The notes under the pieces were generated by a model. That model saw only the letters and a program-made list of their open reading frames with translations, was not told the DNA's origin and did no database searches. Positions 9,952-19,150 of a stretch of DNA of 50,096 bases are shown here, piece after piece (position 1 is the first letter of the stretch; each line of letters starts with the position of its first letter). Both the position numbers and the translations under genes were made by a program. Origin of the DNA: Meiothermus sp. (GTDB lineage: Bacteria; Deinococcota; Deinococci; Deinococcales; Thermaceae); contig JANRLD010000063.1 in the NCBI GenBank assembly GCA_033762915.1, positions 1-50,096 on the forward strand, read 5' to 3'.

Positions 9952-10097
9952 TTGCGCCATAGCCGCGGGGCGGCTAAGTATCTCCATCGTGGACTTGCAG
10001 CATCCGCACTCACCGTTAGATCGGGCAATTGCGCCCACAAGCCGCTCGCTGATGAGGCTGTGCTTAAGTCCTGCAATCTCACTATGGCGCAACTTAG
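9952..10097. repeat. MITE-like dispersed repeat, copy 1
   Basis: 9980-10097 is the reverse complement of 31998-32115 with 8 mismatches in 118 bp. TTGCGCCATAG (9952) and CTATGGCGCAA (10082) form an inverted pair. Confidence 0.8.
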
Positions 10098-10172
10098 CGG
10101 GGGTGCAACTCCCTGTGGGCGTTTCGGGGCGGTATCTCGCAGATTGGCTATGGAGAAACATAAACTGTTCCC

Positions 10173-10622
10173 ATGCAATGCCAGACTTTCACCCTGCGGC
10201 TCGGCGAGGCGGGAGACCTCGAGCGGCTTAATGCATTTCTGGGGCGGGTAGTGCCCATACAGGTCAGCAGCAGCCTGGTGCAGGGCAGCCCGGCGTTCTG
10301 GAGCGTGTTGGTGTTCTTCGAGGGCGATGCGCCCGCACCCCCTGCCAAGCCCAAGGAGGCCGCCAAGCCGGACAAGGTGTTCGCGTCTTCCAATGCTGCG
10401 CTGTTCGAGGCGTTGCGGCAGTGGCGCAGCGTCAAGGCCAGGGAGGATGGCGTCCCGCCCTACGTGGTGGCGACCAATAGCGAACTCGAGGAGATCATCC
10501 AGGCCATGCCCGCCACCCCGCAAGACCTCGAGGCCCTCAAGGGCTTCAGCAAGATCAAGCGCGAAAAGTACGGCGCGGCGATTCTCGAGCTGATCAAGAG
10601 CGCTGCAAGCAGGGAAGACTGA
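10173..10622 (+). CDS. Stand-alone HRDC-domain protein
   Basis: LFEALRQWRSVKAREDGVPPYVVATNSELEEI...LKGFSKIKREKYG is a typical HRDC domain. A small N-terminal domain precedes it. Confidence 0.85.
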   Translation: MQCQTFTLRLGEAGDLERLNAFLGRVVPIQVSSSLVQGSPAFWSVLVFFEGDAPAPPAKPKEAAKPDKVFASSNAALFEALRQWRSVKAREDGVPPYVVATNSELEEIIQAMPATPQDLEALKGFSKIKREKYGAAILELIKSAASRED

Positions 10623-10684
10623 TCGCGTTTCCCACGCATACGTGACCCCCTTTCCCTTCCGCTCTACGCAGGCGCTCACCGGCT

Positions 10685-11587
10685 TCACTGCAACACGGTC
10701 ACCTGCGGCTTCAAACCCAGCTGCTCGATGTACTCGAGGTACTCCCCCTCGCTTAGGGGGTGCTTGCCCGCCAGCGCCACGATGAACCCCTCCATCACGT
10801 TGTTGCCGAAGCTGCGGCCCGAAAGGCGGGGGGTTGTGGTGATGAGCTTGGCGATGCCGTGGGCCTTCATAAACTCCAGGTCGGCCTCGGTGGTGGTGTT
10901 GGTGAGGACAGTCTTGCCCTGCATGTCGGGTGGCATGAAGCGGCGGATGTAGTGCCAGTCGCCCGCCACCACGTCGGCCCACTTGAAGTACTTCTGCCGC
11001 CAGTCCAGCACCTGCTTCTCCTGCTTCTCGCCGGTGGGGTAGAACCACTCAAAGGGCAGGTTGGTGACGATGGGCAGCAGAATGTGAGCGATCTTTTGCA
11101 GCAGCGAGAGGCGGTAGATGGGGATGTCCAGGCCGAGCCCGAACACGATGTCGCCGTACATCACCTGTGCGCCGGTGGCGTGCATGGCCTCGGCCAGGCC
11201 GAAGCGATCTACCGCGCTGGGGATCAGCACTTTTTTGCTCTTCCAGTCCATCTCCTGCTCGAGCAGTCGCACGGCGTTGCGCTCGAGGGTGTGCTTGAGG
11301 CCGGAGCCGTCCACCATCGGGGTCTTCTGGGCGGCCCGCGCCAGCTTGAGCGCGTCGCGAAAGGTGTAGCGGCGGTCGCCGGCGTAGACGTAGAGGTCGG
11401 CCCCGCCCAGCCCGAAGGCGTCCACCTGACCGTCGAGTTCCTTCACCAGTGCGATGGCCTTCTCCCAGCTCCCGTCGGTGCCGATGCGCTCGAGCACAAT
11501 GGGCTCGCTGAGGCCCTCGAGGCGGACCTCGGCCTTGGAGTTGCGTTTGGAAGAGCCGATGGAGACGCTGACCACACGCTTTGGCAT
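10685..11587 (-). CDS. Conserved hypothetical protein (family often labelled 'quinate 5-dehydrogenase')
   Basis: KRVVSVSIGSSKR, ERIGTDG, VDGSGLKHTLE and TTPRLSGRSFG. Leaderless TAGACT. Function not established. Confidence 0.75.
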   Translation of the reverse strand: MPKRVVSVSIGSSKRNSKAEVRLEGLSEPIVLERIGTDGSWEKAIALVKELDGQVDAFGLGGADLYVYAGDRRYTFRDALKLARAAQKTPMVDGSGLKHTLERNAVRLLEQEMDWKSKKVLIPSAVDRFGLAEAMHATGAQVMYGDIVFGLGLDIPIYRLSLLQKIAHILLPIVTNLPFEWFYPTGEKQEKQVLDWRQKYFKWADVVAGDWHYIRRFMPPDMQGKTVLTNTTTEADLEFMKAHGIAKLITTTPRLSGRSFGNNVMEGFIVALAGKHPLSEGEYLEYIEQLGLKPQVTVLQ

Positions 11588-11697
11588 GGGCAGAGTCTAC
11601 ACCCTTCTTGAGCGCCGTCTGAAGAAGCTTTTAGACTGCTCACAGGGCCGCTCGAGGGTTTGTGGTGAATGCTGGGCCTCGAGCCAGGAGGAAGACT

Positions 11698-12063
11698 ATG
11701 AGACAGGGATGGATCGTGCTGATGATGCTGCTGGGCTTCGCGCTGCTGTTCGCGGCCTGCAGCGGTTCGGGGAGCAACCCTAATCCCGGTGGGGGTCCCA
11801 CCGTGGCCTGCACCGTGGACGCGCCTTCCACGGCCGCCTATGTCCCCAGTAGCTGCACCGTCAAGGTCGGGCAGGCAGTCAAGTTCACCAACATCTCTAG
11901 CCACCCGCTACTCCCCACCGGCGCCAACCCCGACAACCCCATTCCCAACACCGTTGGCACCGGCAAGGACACCGAGACCGTGACCTTTGGCAAGGCGGGC
12001 ACCTACACCTTTGTGTGCGCCTTCCACCCCGCCATGACCGGCAGCATCACCGTCACGCCGTAG
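11698..12063 (+). CDS. Plastocyanin/azurin-like blue copper lipoprotein
   Basis: Lipobox LFAA-C, type-1 Cu ligands SHP and YTFVCAFHPAMTG (H, C, H, M), and AGGAGG RBS. Confidence 0.85.
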   Translation: MRQGWIVLMMLLGFALLFAACSGSGSNPNPGGGPTVACTVDAPSTAAYVPSSCTVKVGQAVKFTNISSHPLLPTGANPDNPIPNTVGTGKDTETVTFGKAGTYTFVCAFHPAMTGSITVTP

Positions 12064-12106
12064 CCACCTCGAGGCCGCCCGGCCGGGCGGCCGTATACTT
12101 TGGCCC

Positions 12107-12661
12107 ATGCGCGTGGACGTGACCACCTACTACCTGGAGATGCGCTCCCCCAGCCAGCTCAAGCCCAAGACCGCCGTGATCGAGGGTTTGCAGATCATCA
12201 AGGCCGAACTCCCCAGCGCCGAACTCCAGCACTTCCTCTACCGCAGCGTTGGCGGCGACTGGTACTGGTACGAAAAAGCCCACTGGACCTACGCGCAGTG
12301 GCTCGAGTACGCGCTTAACCCCGACCTCCACACCTTCGTGGCCTACGTCAAGGGCACTCCGGCGGGCTACTTTCAGCTCGAGCGCCAGCCCGAGGGCAAC
12401 GTCGAGCTGGCCTATTTCGGCCTGCTCGGCGGCTTCATCGGCCTGGGTCTGGGCAGCCATCTGCTCACCCAGGCCATCCAGACCGCGTGGGAGCTTGGGG
12501 CCTCGAGGGTCTGGGTTCACACCTGCTCCCTCGACCACGCCAGCGCCCTGGCCAACTACCAGGCCAGGGGCTTCACGATCTACAAAACCGAGACCGCCAG
12601 CACAGAGGTTCCCGACCAGACTCCCGGCGTCTGGGACGGCGCAAGAAGCCCCAAGACTTAG
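12107..12661 (+). CDS. GNAT N-acetyltransferase
   Basis: ELAYFGLL..FIGLGLG and RVWVHTCSLDH..ALANYQARGF. Leaderless TATACT. Confidence 0.9.
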   Translation: MRVDVTTYYLEMRSPSQLKPKTAVIEGLQIIKAELPSAELQHFLYRSVGGDWYWYEKAHWTYAQWLEYALNPDLHTFVAYVKGTPAGYFQLERQPEGNVELAYFGLLGGFIGLGLGSHLLTQAIQTAWELGASRVWVHTCSLDHASALANYQARGFTIYKTETASTEVPDQTPGVWDGARSPKT

Positions 12662-12831
12662 ACCTGACGGGTTCCGCCCCGTTCAGGGATGGCCACGGCC
12701 CTCGAGGCTTGAACCCTGCCGGCTCAAAGGGCATGGGCTCTTGCGCCAGAGCTACTTAACCCTGGCTACCGGACCCACCTTTTGCGACTTACGCCCTACC
12801 CCCCGCAACCCCCAGCTTGTAAGCTAGAAAG

Positions 12832-13122
12832 ATGCTCGAGCGCTTGGCCGAACAGTTCATCGAAGACGAGACCCTGACCGCCGGGCTTTCCGACGAGGAC
12901 GCCAGTGAGCTGGTGGGCTGGCTGGCGGGCATAGCGGAGGAGTTGGAAGAGCAGAACAACCCCCTTCGCGCCCAGTACGTGGCCCAGCTCAAGCGGCTCG
13001 GGCACGAAGTCTCGAGGCTGGCGAGACAGCACAAAGTCCCGGTCGAGGCGCTCATCGACCTGATCGAGTTGGCCTGGGAAGAGCCCGAGGACGGTAGTGA
13101 AACCCGGCCGATACAAGCTTGA
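12832..13122 (+). CDS. Hypothetical acidic protein (96 aa)
   Basis: Host-like codon usage. Leaderless TAAGCT lies 6 nt upstream of the ATG. Confidence 0.75.
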   Translation: MLERLAEQFIEDETLTAGLSDEDASELVGWLAGIAEELEEQNNPLRAQYVAQLKRLGHEVSRLARQHKVPVEALIDLIELAWEEPEDGSETRPIQA

Positions 13123-13282
13123 ACTCGGTACAAAATTACGCCCAAATCGGCGGGATTCTTCCGTACCGGCAAAGCTAAACCCAAAACCGGTATATGCCCC
13201 TTGACTAAATCGAAAAAATAGATTAAGTGGGGCCTGGTTATTTGTAACGCAGTTATAACGATCGCCCAAGTAGGCTAAGGTC

Positions 13283-13456
13283 ATGAACAGGGTGATCGCA
13301 TTGCCGAACAAATCCAGCCGCGCCTCGAGGCCATTGCCGATGGGTGGTTCCCGCCTCAGCCTGCGCAACTGGCTCCTCCCCGCCCCCATCGAATTCTCTG
13401 GCTACGTTGCCCCGCGCCACCTGAGCGCCCGCCCCGTGCAGCGCCACACCGCCTAG
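13283..13456 (+). CDS. Candidate small protein (57 aa)
   Basis: [59 protein letters not shown]-rich third positions, AT-rich promoter-like DNA upstream and a terminator downstream. Confidence 0.4.
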   Translation: MNRVIALPNKSSRASRPLPMGGSRLSLRNWLLPAPIEFSGYVAPRHLSARPVQRHTA

Positions 13457-13502
13457 GCCCCGCCGGTGGTCTGCGGCCACGGCCCTGGCCCAGACCACAC
13501 CC

Positions 13503-13539
13503 AAATCTCCCCACTGCCTCCTCCTGGGGAGATTTTTTT
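13503..13539 (+). terminator. Rho-independent terminator
   Basis: AAATCTCCCCA...TGGGGAGATTT stem followed by a T run. Confidence 0.75.
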
Positions 13540-13694
13540 GTGCCGCCTCGAGTTTCCCGGACGTCGGCGGGTGGCGTAGATTCGGGGCAATCGGCCCATG
13601 CCCGCCCGCACCCCGGGCCGGCCGCGCGCCGGGTGTCCCGCGAACCGCGCTGACTTCCCGCCCCCCGCCATTTCCGATATGCTGGGCCGCGTTT

Positions 13695-14303
13695 ATGGCG
13701 TTGCCGCACATTCCGCATCACGAGGGCTGGGTCGAGGTGGTGGTCGGCCCAATGTTCTCGGGCAAGTCCGACGAGCTGATCCGCCGCATTAAGCGTGCCT
13801 TGATCGCGCGCCAGCGGGTGTTGGTTTTTAAGCCGCGCATCGACGACCGCTACCACGCCACCTCGGTCAGCAGCCACGACGGCCGGCAGGCCGAGGCCGT
13901 TGCGGTGGCCGACTCGCGCGAGCTGCGCCGCTACCTGAGCGACCCCCTGCCCGACGTGGTGGCGGTTGACGAGGCCCAGTTCTTCGACGCGGGCCTGATC
14001 CCGGTGGTGCTGGAGCTGGCCGACAAGGGCGTGCGGGTGATCTGCGCGGGCCTGGACATGGACTTCAAGGGCGAGCCCTTCGGCGTCATGCCCGAGCTGC
14101 TGACCAGGGCCGAGTACGTCGAGAAGCTCTACGCGGTCTGCCCGGTCTGCGGGGCCCCCGCCACCCGCACCCAGCGCTTCGTCAACGGCAAGCCCGCCCG
14201 CTACGACGACCCGGTGATCCTGGTCGGGGCCAGCGAGAGCTACGAGCCGAGGTGCCGCAAGTGCCACACTGTGGTGGGGCTCGAGGTGCAAGAAATTCTG
14301 TAG
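13695..14303 (+). CDS. tdk: Thymidine kinase
   Basis: [25 protein letters not shown] and Zn motifs CPVC/CRKC. Confidence 0.97.
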   Translation: MALPHIPHHEGWVEVVVGPMFSGKSDELIRRIKRALIARQRVLVFKPRIDDRYHATSVSSHDGRQAEAVAVADSRELRRYLSDPLPDVVAVDEAQFFDAGLIPVVLELADKGVRVICAGLDMDFKGEPFGVMPELLTRAEYVEKLYAVCPVCGAPATRTQRFVNGKPARYDDPVILVGASESYEPRCRKCHTVVGLEVQEIL

Positions 14304-14524
14304 CGGTGAGCACCGGGCCCAGGGCCTCGGCCGGCAATGTCCCTCTACCGTTGGTCTTTCTAGGCTGGGATCTGTCTCGGGGCAGCGCTGTCCCCTTGGC
14401 TTGCAAGTCCGAAAAGGTGTGGCTGTCTTCATCCGCCATGAGGGCAACCTGCGGGGTTGGCCCAGAGAAAGTTCCAAAAACTCAGGCCACCCCACCCGGC
14501 CAAGCCGTTCAAACACCACCTTTT

Positions 14525-14546
14525 TATGCAAATGTTTGAATATAAT
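14525..14546 (+). promoter_or_regulatory. ArsR-type operator palindrome overlapping a TATAAT -10 (leaderless arsR)
   Basis: TATGCAAA-tg-TTTGAATA (7/8 pairs) at 14525-14542, TATAAT at 14541-14546 and ATG at 14554. Confidence 0.6.
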
Positions 14547-14553
14547 AATATAT

Positions 14554-14877
14554 ATGATCCTCCCGCTCCACCGCTTCAAGGCGGAATTCTTTAAGGCCCT
14601 GGGCAACCCCATCCGGCTGGCGATTCTGGACGCGCTACGGGACGGGGAGAGGTCGGTGGGCGACCTCTACAGCGAGCTACAGCTCGAGCAGTCCTCGGTC
14701 TCGCAGCAGCTCGCGGTGCTGCGCCAGAAGGGCTTCGTAGAGTCCCGAAGATCGGGCACCACCGTTTTTTACAAGGTGCGTGACCCCGAGGTGTACGCCT
14801 TCCTCGACCTGGGGCGCTCGATATTCGAGCGGCAGCTCGAGGGCGACCTGATCGCCCTGAGGGGAGACCGGAGATGA
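14554..14877 (+). CDS. ArsR/SmtB-family transcriptional regulator
   Basis: FKALGNPIRLAIL and SQQLAVLR. ATGA-coupled to the SulP gene. Confidence 0.92.
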   Translation: MILPLHRFKAEFFKALGNPIRLAILDALRDGERSVGDLYSELQLEQSSVSQQLAVLRQKGFVESRRSGTTVFYKVRDPEVYAFLDLGRSIFERQLEGDLIALRGDRR

Positions 14878-16583
14878 ACCAGCCCCAGCCCTGGTGGGGC
14901 CCGCTGAACCCGCTGCCATCCTGGAGGCACGAGTTCCACGACTACACCGCCCAGAAGTTCCGGCAGGACCTGCTGGCGGGCCTCACTGTGGGGGTGGTGG
15001 CGCTACCGCTGGCCCTGGCCTTCGGCGTGACCAGCGGGGCCGGCGCGGCGGCGGGGCTGTTCACCGCAATTGTGGCCGGCTTCTTGGGCTCGGCGCTGGG
15101 GGGCTCGAGGTACAACATCAGCGGCCCCACCGGCGCCATGACCGCCGTGCTGCTGCCCATCATCGCCCAGTACGGGGTGGACAAGATCGCGCTGGTGGGC
15201 CTGATGGCCGGTCTGATCCTGCTGGTGCTGGGGCTGCTGCGCCTGGGCCGCCTGATCCAGGTGATCCCCTACCCGGTGGTGATCGGCTTCACCAACGGCA
15301 TCGCCATCATCATCTTTTTGCAGCAGGTTCCGGCCTTCCTGGGCGTGGCCACGCCGCACGGCGAGAACATCCTGCCCATCACCCTCGAGGCCCTCCGGCT
15401 CTTCGCCGCCCAGCCCCAGGCCTGGACGGTCCTTATCGCCGCCCTGACCGTCGGATTCGTGCTGGTCTGGGGCCGCTACGTCAGACAGATACCCGGCAGC
15501 ATCGTGGCCCTGATCGTGGTCACCCTGCTCAGCCTGATCCTCCCCGGCCTGCCGCGCATCGGGGAGATTCCCAGCACCCTGCCTGCGCCCGCCCTGCCCG
15601 AGTGGAGCCTGAGCGACGTCAGCAAGCTGTTCAGCCCGGCGCTGGCAGTCGCGCTGCTGGCGGGCATCGAAACCCTGCTCTCGGCAGTGGTGGCCGACAG
15701 CATGACCATCCGCGAGCGGCACGACCCCGACCGCGAGATCATCGGCTCGAGCCTCGCCAACCTGGTCGCCCCCATCTTCGGTGGCATCCCGGCCACCGGC
15801 GCAATCGCCCGCACCGCCGTCAACGTCCGCTCGGGGGCCCAGACCCGGCTGGCCGGGGTCATCCACGCGGTCTTCCTGCTGCTGGTGGTGGCCTTCCTGG
15901 GGCCGCTGGCCCGCGGCATCCCGCTGGCCGCCCTGGCCGGGATCCTGATGGTGACGGCGGTGCGGATGGTGGAGTGGGACGCGGTGCGGGCGATCGTCCG
16001 GTCTTCGAAGTCCGACCTCAGCACCATGCTGGTCACGATGGGGGTGACGGTGGCCTTCGACCTGGTGCTGGCCATCGAGGTGGGGCTGGTTCTGGCCGGG
16101 GTGCTGTTCATCCAGCGGATGCGCAGCAGCGTTAGCGTTGAGCCGATGGACCTGACTTCCGAGGTACCGCAGGGCCTCGAGGTCGACCACGACCTGCTGC
16201 GCGAGCGGGTGGTGGCCTTCCGGGTCGACGGGCCGCTGTTCTTTGCGGTGGCGGGGGAGTTCATCGCCAGCCTGACCCAGGTCTCCAAGGTGGACGTGCT
16301 GATCGTGCGGATGCGCTACGTCACGGTGATCGACGCCAGCGGCGCCAACGCCCTCGAGACCATGAAAGAAACCCTCGACCGCAAGGGCATCAAGTTCCTG
16401 ATTTCCGGCCTGCAATCCCAGCCCAAGGAGATGCTCGAGCGCATGGGCTTGCTGGACACCTTAACCGCCAACGGGAAGCACCTGTTCGAGGACACCCGCG
16501 AGGCCATCGCCCACGCCTGGAGCCACATGCAGAGGAATGCCGAGGGTCGGGGGGCAAGCACGGGGTCGGGGGTCGAGAGCTGA
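14874..16583 (+). CDS. SulP/SLC26 anion permease with C-terminal STAS domain
   Basis: DLLAGLTVGVVALPLALAF, SGPTGAM, ATGAIARTAVN, GPLFF and IDASG. Confidence 0.95.
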   Translation: MNQPQPWWGPLNPLPSWRHEFHDYTAQKFRQDLLAGLTVGVVALPLALAFGVTSGAGAAAGLFTAIVAGFLGSALGGSRYNISGPTGAMTAVLLPIIAQYGVDKIALVGLMAGLILLVLGLLRLGRLIQVIPYPVVIGFTNGIAIIIFLQQVPAFLGVATPHGENILPITLEALRLFAAQPQAWTVLIAALTVGFVLVWGRYVRQIPGSIVALIVVTLLSLILPGLPRIGEIPSTLPAPALPEWSLSDVSKLFSPALAVALLAGIETLLSAVVADSMTIRERHDPDREIIGSSLANLVAPIFGGIPATGAIARTAVNVRSGAQTRLAGVIHAVFLLLVVAFLGPLARGIPLAALAGILMVTAVRMVEWDAVRAIVRSSKSDLSTMLVTMGVTVAFDLVLAIEVGLVLAGVLFIQRMRSSVSVEPMDLTSEVPQGLEVDHDLLRERVVAFRVDGPLFFAVAGEFIASLTQVSKVDVLIVRMRYVTVIDASGANALETMKETLDRKGIKFLISGLQSQPKEMLERMGLLDTLTANGKHLFEDTREAIAHAWSHMQRNAEGRGASTGSGVES

Positions 16584-16729
16584 GGTTGGGAGGGCGAGCA
16601 GCGCATAAAACCCCTCCCTCCCAACCCATGCCGCAGGCCCAACCGCCTAGCCTGAAGAAACGCGCCGTCGTGCCTCTGCTGCCGAGGACACCCCCACCTC
16701 GAGCCAAACCCCTTCCGAATTTTGGCAAT

Positions 16730-16752
16730 AAAAAAAGCCCTTCTTCGGGGCT
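16730..16752 (-). terminator. Rho-independent terminator
   Basis: Minus strand AGCCC-cgaagaa-GGGCT followed by a T run. Confidence 0.7.
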
Positions 16753-16847
16753 GATATCTTTAAGGTATCACGGTATGCGCTATGCGTCAAGTGTATGCAA
16801 AGGAAAGGGCTCGAGGACGAGATAAATTGGCCCTCGAGCCCCCCGCG

Positions 16848-17120
16848 CTAAGCGGTCACACGCCGCTGCGGCTTACGCACCAGAAGCCAGATCCCCAGAC
16901 CCAGCAGCAGCAGCGGCAGGCCCCACTGCACCAGCAGGCCCAGCACCCCCAGCAGCGCTGCCACCACCGCCAACACCACCATCACCGGCAGCAGCACCGC
17001 CCCCAGTACCAGCAGAAAAGGCAGCGCCGCTACGGTAAGTACCACACCCAGCACCGGGCCGATTAAGCCAGTCAGCAAGAGGATTGCCAAGATTACCAAC
17101 GACCACCCGAGTAGTTCCAC
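16848..17120 (-). CDS. Small hydrophobic membrane protein (90 aa)
   Basis: GTG start (MELLGWSLVILAILLL...) with TACCCT 6 nt upstream. Almost entirely hydrophobic with a basic C-terminus. Confidence 0.7.
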   Translation of the reverse strand: MELLGWSLVILAILLLTGLIGPVLGVVLTVAALPFLLVLGAVLLPVMVVLAVVAALLGVLGLLVQWGLPLLLLGLGIWLLVRKPQRRVTA

Positions 17121-17163
17121 AGCTCGAGGGTAGCGCGTCTGGGGGTGGGGGTGGTGAGGGGGG

Positions 17164-17604
17164 TCACGATTGCTTGTACACGTCCGGGAAGTGCCGCTCC
17201 ATCCAGCGCTCGGGGGCGGCAATGGGCCGGAAACCGTACTGGGTATACAGACCGTGGGCGTCACGGGTGGCCAGCATCCAGCGGCGCAGGCCTTGCAACT
17301 CGGGGTGGGCCTGGATGCACTCCATCAGCCACTTGGACAGGCCCCCGCCCCGGTGTGCCTCGAGCACGTACACATCAGCCAGATAGGCAAACGTAGCCCG
17401 ATCGGTGATCAGCCGCGCCCAGCCGATCATCTCCTCGCCCCTAAAAATCCCGAACGACAGCGAGTTGGCGAAGGACTTCTGGACCACCTCGAGGGGAATC
17501 CCCTGCGACCAGTAAGCCACCTCGCTCAGATGGTAGTGAATCAGCTCGAGGTCGAAGCGGGCCAGGTCGGTGCTGACGGTGTACTCGTCTTTTTGCCACT
17601 CCAT
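17164..17604 (-). CDS. GNAT N-acetyltransferase (paralogue of 9442-9873)
   Basis: ARLITDRATFAYLADVYV..RGGGLSK and LATRDAHGLY. Leaderless TATGCT. Confidence 0.92.
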   Translation of the reverse strand: MEWQKDEYTVSTDLARFDLELIHYHLSEVAYWSQGIPLEVVQKSFANSLSFGIFRGEEMIGWARLITDRATFAYLADVYVLEAHRGGGLSKWLMECIQAHPELQGLRRWMLATRDAHGLYTQYGFRPIAAPERWMERHFPDVYKQS

Positions 17605-17682
17605 TGGCCCAGCATAAAGGCAAGTAGGGGGCGGTGTGGAGCGGGCGACCTTGGCCGCACTGTGGGACTCAGCGGATGGCCC

Positions 17683-18450
17683 TTAGCCACCAAACCCAAA
17701 GCAGCGCTGGGCGTTTTGGTCGGTGATGGCCTCGAGTTCGTCTGACTCCAGGCCCAGGACTTCGGCCAGCTTAGCCAGGGTGTAGCGGGCCAGCGCGGGG
17801 TGGTTGCGTTTGCCGCGGTGCGGCTCGGGGGGCAAGAAGGGGGCGTCGGTCTCGACCAACACCTGCCCCAGCGGCACCTCCAGCGCGGCCTCGCGCAAGG
17901 CGGTGTTTTTCTTGTAGGTCAGCGGCCCGGCGAAGCTGAAGAAAGCCCCCAGCTCGAGCCCCACCTCGATCAGCCGGGGATGCCCGCCGAAGGCGTGGAG
18001 CACAAACCGGGGTGGCCTACGCTCCTTCAGCCACTCGGCGGTCTCGAGTTCGGCGGCGTCGCTCTCCTTGCTGCGGATGTGGAGGATCAGGGGCAGCTCG
18101 AGCCGCCGGGCCAGCTGGTGCTGGAAATCGAGGGCGTTGTATTGGGCCGCCCTGGTCTCGGGGGTCCAGTAAAAATCCAGGCCGGTCTCGCCTACGGCCC
18201 GCACCCTGGGGTGCTGGGCCAAGTGTTCGAGATCGGCCTCGAGTTCGGGCGAGAGCAGGTTAGCCTCGGTGGGGTGGAGGCCCACGGCGGCCCAGATGTG
18301 GGGGTTCTCCTCGGCGATCTTTAGGGCGTTGCGGTTGCGGACGGGGTTGGTGCCAATGGTGAGGATGGCCCGGAAGTCGCTCGAGGCCGCGATGGCCTGT
18401 GCAGTCTCCTGGGGCTCCATGAAGTCGAGGTGGCAGTGGGTGTCGGTCAT
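17683..18450 (-). CDS. tatD: TatD-family DNase
   Basis: DTHCH, GLHP, GETGLD, ETDAP. Start MTDTHCH at 18450. Confidence 0.93.
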   Translation of the reverse strand: MTDTHCHLDFMEPQETAQAIAASSDFRAILTIGTNPVRNRNALKIAEENPHIWAAVGLHPTEANLLSPELEADLEHLAQHPRVRAVGETGLDFYWTPETRAAQYNALDFQHQLARRLELPLILHIRSKESDAAELETAEWLKERRPPRFVLHAFGGHPRLIEVGLELGAFFSFAGPLTYKKNTALREAALEVPLGQVLVETDAPFLPPEPHRGKRNHPALARYTLAKLAEVLGLESDELEAITDQNAQRCFGFGG

Positions 18451-18706
18451 GTCATGGGATGGATGCGGCCGAAGTGTCGGCCCGCAGGCCTGCACACCTC
18501 CGGCGCTCAACACCGCCGTGGGCTGTGCGTGAATAGTATATGCAAGTGCCTTGGGGGGCAGGGTTCGAGAGCTTCCGCCCGACCCTTCCACCAATCCAAG
18601 CAGCTCCATCCTTCCAGCTGCGCCGTCGGCTCAGGTTTTTCATCCAGCCCCCAGGATTTTCGCATATATTCATAAGGTCCCATCGCTGTTAAGCACGGAG
18701 GTGAGT

Positions 18707-19051
18707 ATGGCAGGCAAGTTCGTCATTAAGAACGCCAAAAACGGCCAATTCATGTTCAACCTGCTGTCCGGCAACCACCAGGTCATCCTGACCAGCGAGC
18801 TCTACAAGAGCCACGCCTCGGCGGTTGACGGCATCGAGTCGGTCAAGAAGAACGCCACCAACGCCGAGCGCTTCGAGCGCCGCACCTCCAGCAACGGCTC
18901 GCCCTACTTCGTGCTAAAGGCTGCCAACGGTCTGGAGATCGGACGGAGTGAGCTGTACACCTCCGACGCGGGGATGGAGAACGGCATCGAGTCGGTGATG
19001 AAGAACGCCCCCGAAGCCGAAGTCCGCGACGACAGCGCCCAAGAAGCGTAA
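18707..19051 (+). CDS. yegP: YegP/DUF1508 family protein (two repeats)
   Basis: Two repeats of F.L.A/S.N...I..SELY......GIESV.KNA. GGAGG RBS. Confidence 0.9.
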   Translation: MAGKFVIKNAKNGQFMFNLLSGNHQVILTSELYKSHASAVDGIESVKKNATNAERFERRTSSNGSPYFVLKAANGLEIGRSELYTSDAGMENGIESVMKNAPEAEVRDDSAQEA

Positions 19052-19065
19052 GAGGAACACTCGAG

Positions 19066-19099
19066 CCCCGGTGCCCGCAAGGGTACCGGGGTTTTGTTT
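19066..19099 (+). terminator. Rho-independent terminator
   Basis: CCCCGGTGCCC-GCAA-GGGTACCGGGG-TTTTGTTT. Confidence 0.8.
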
Positions 19100-19150
19100 G
19101 GCTCGAGCCCTGCCGAATCGAGCTGCTCCTAATGCCATGTCACTGGACCA

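Noticed and set aside
9980..10097. Possible DGR template/variable repeat pair with 31998-32115 (next to the HRDC gene)
   Set aside because: The 8 mismatches are not adenine-specific on either strand. Neither copy lies at the 3' end of a target CDS, and no reverse transcriptase is present.
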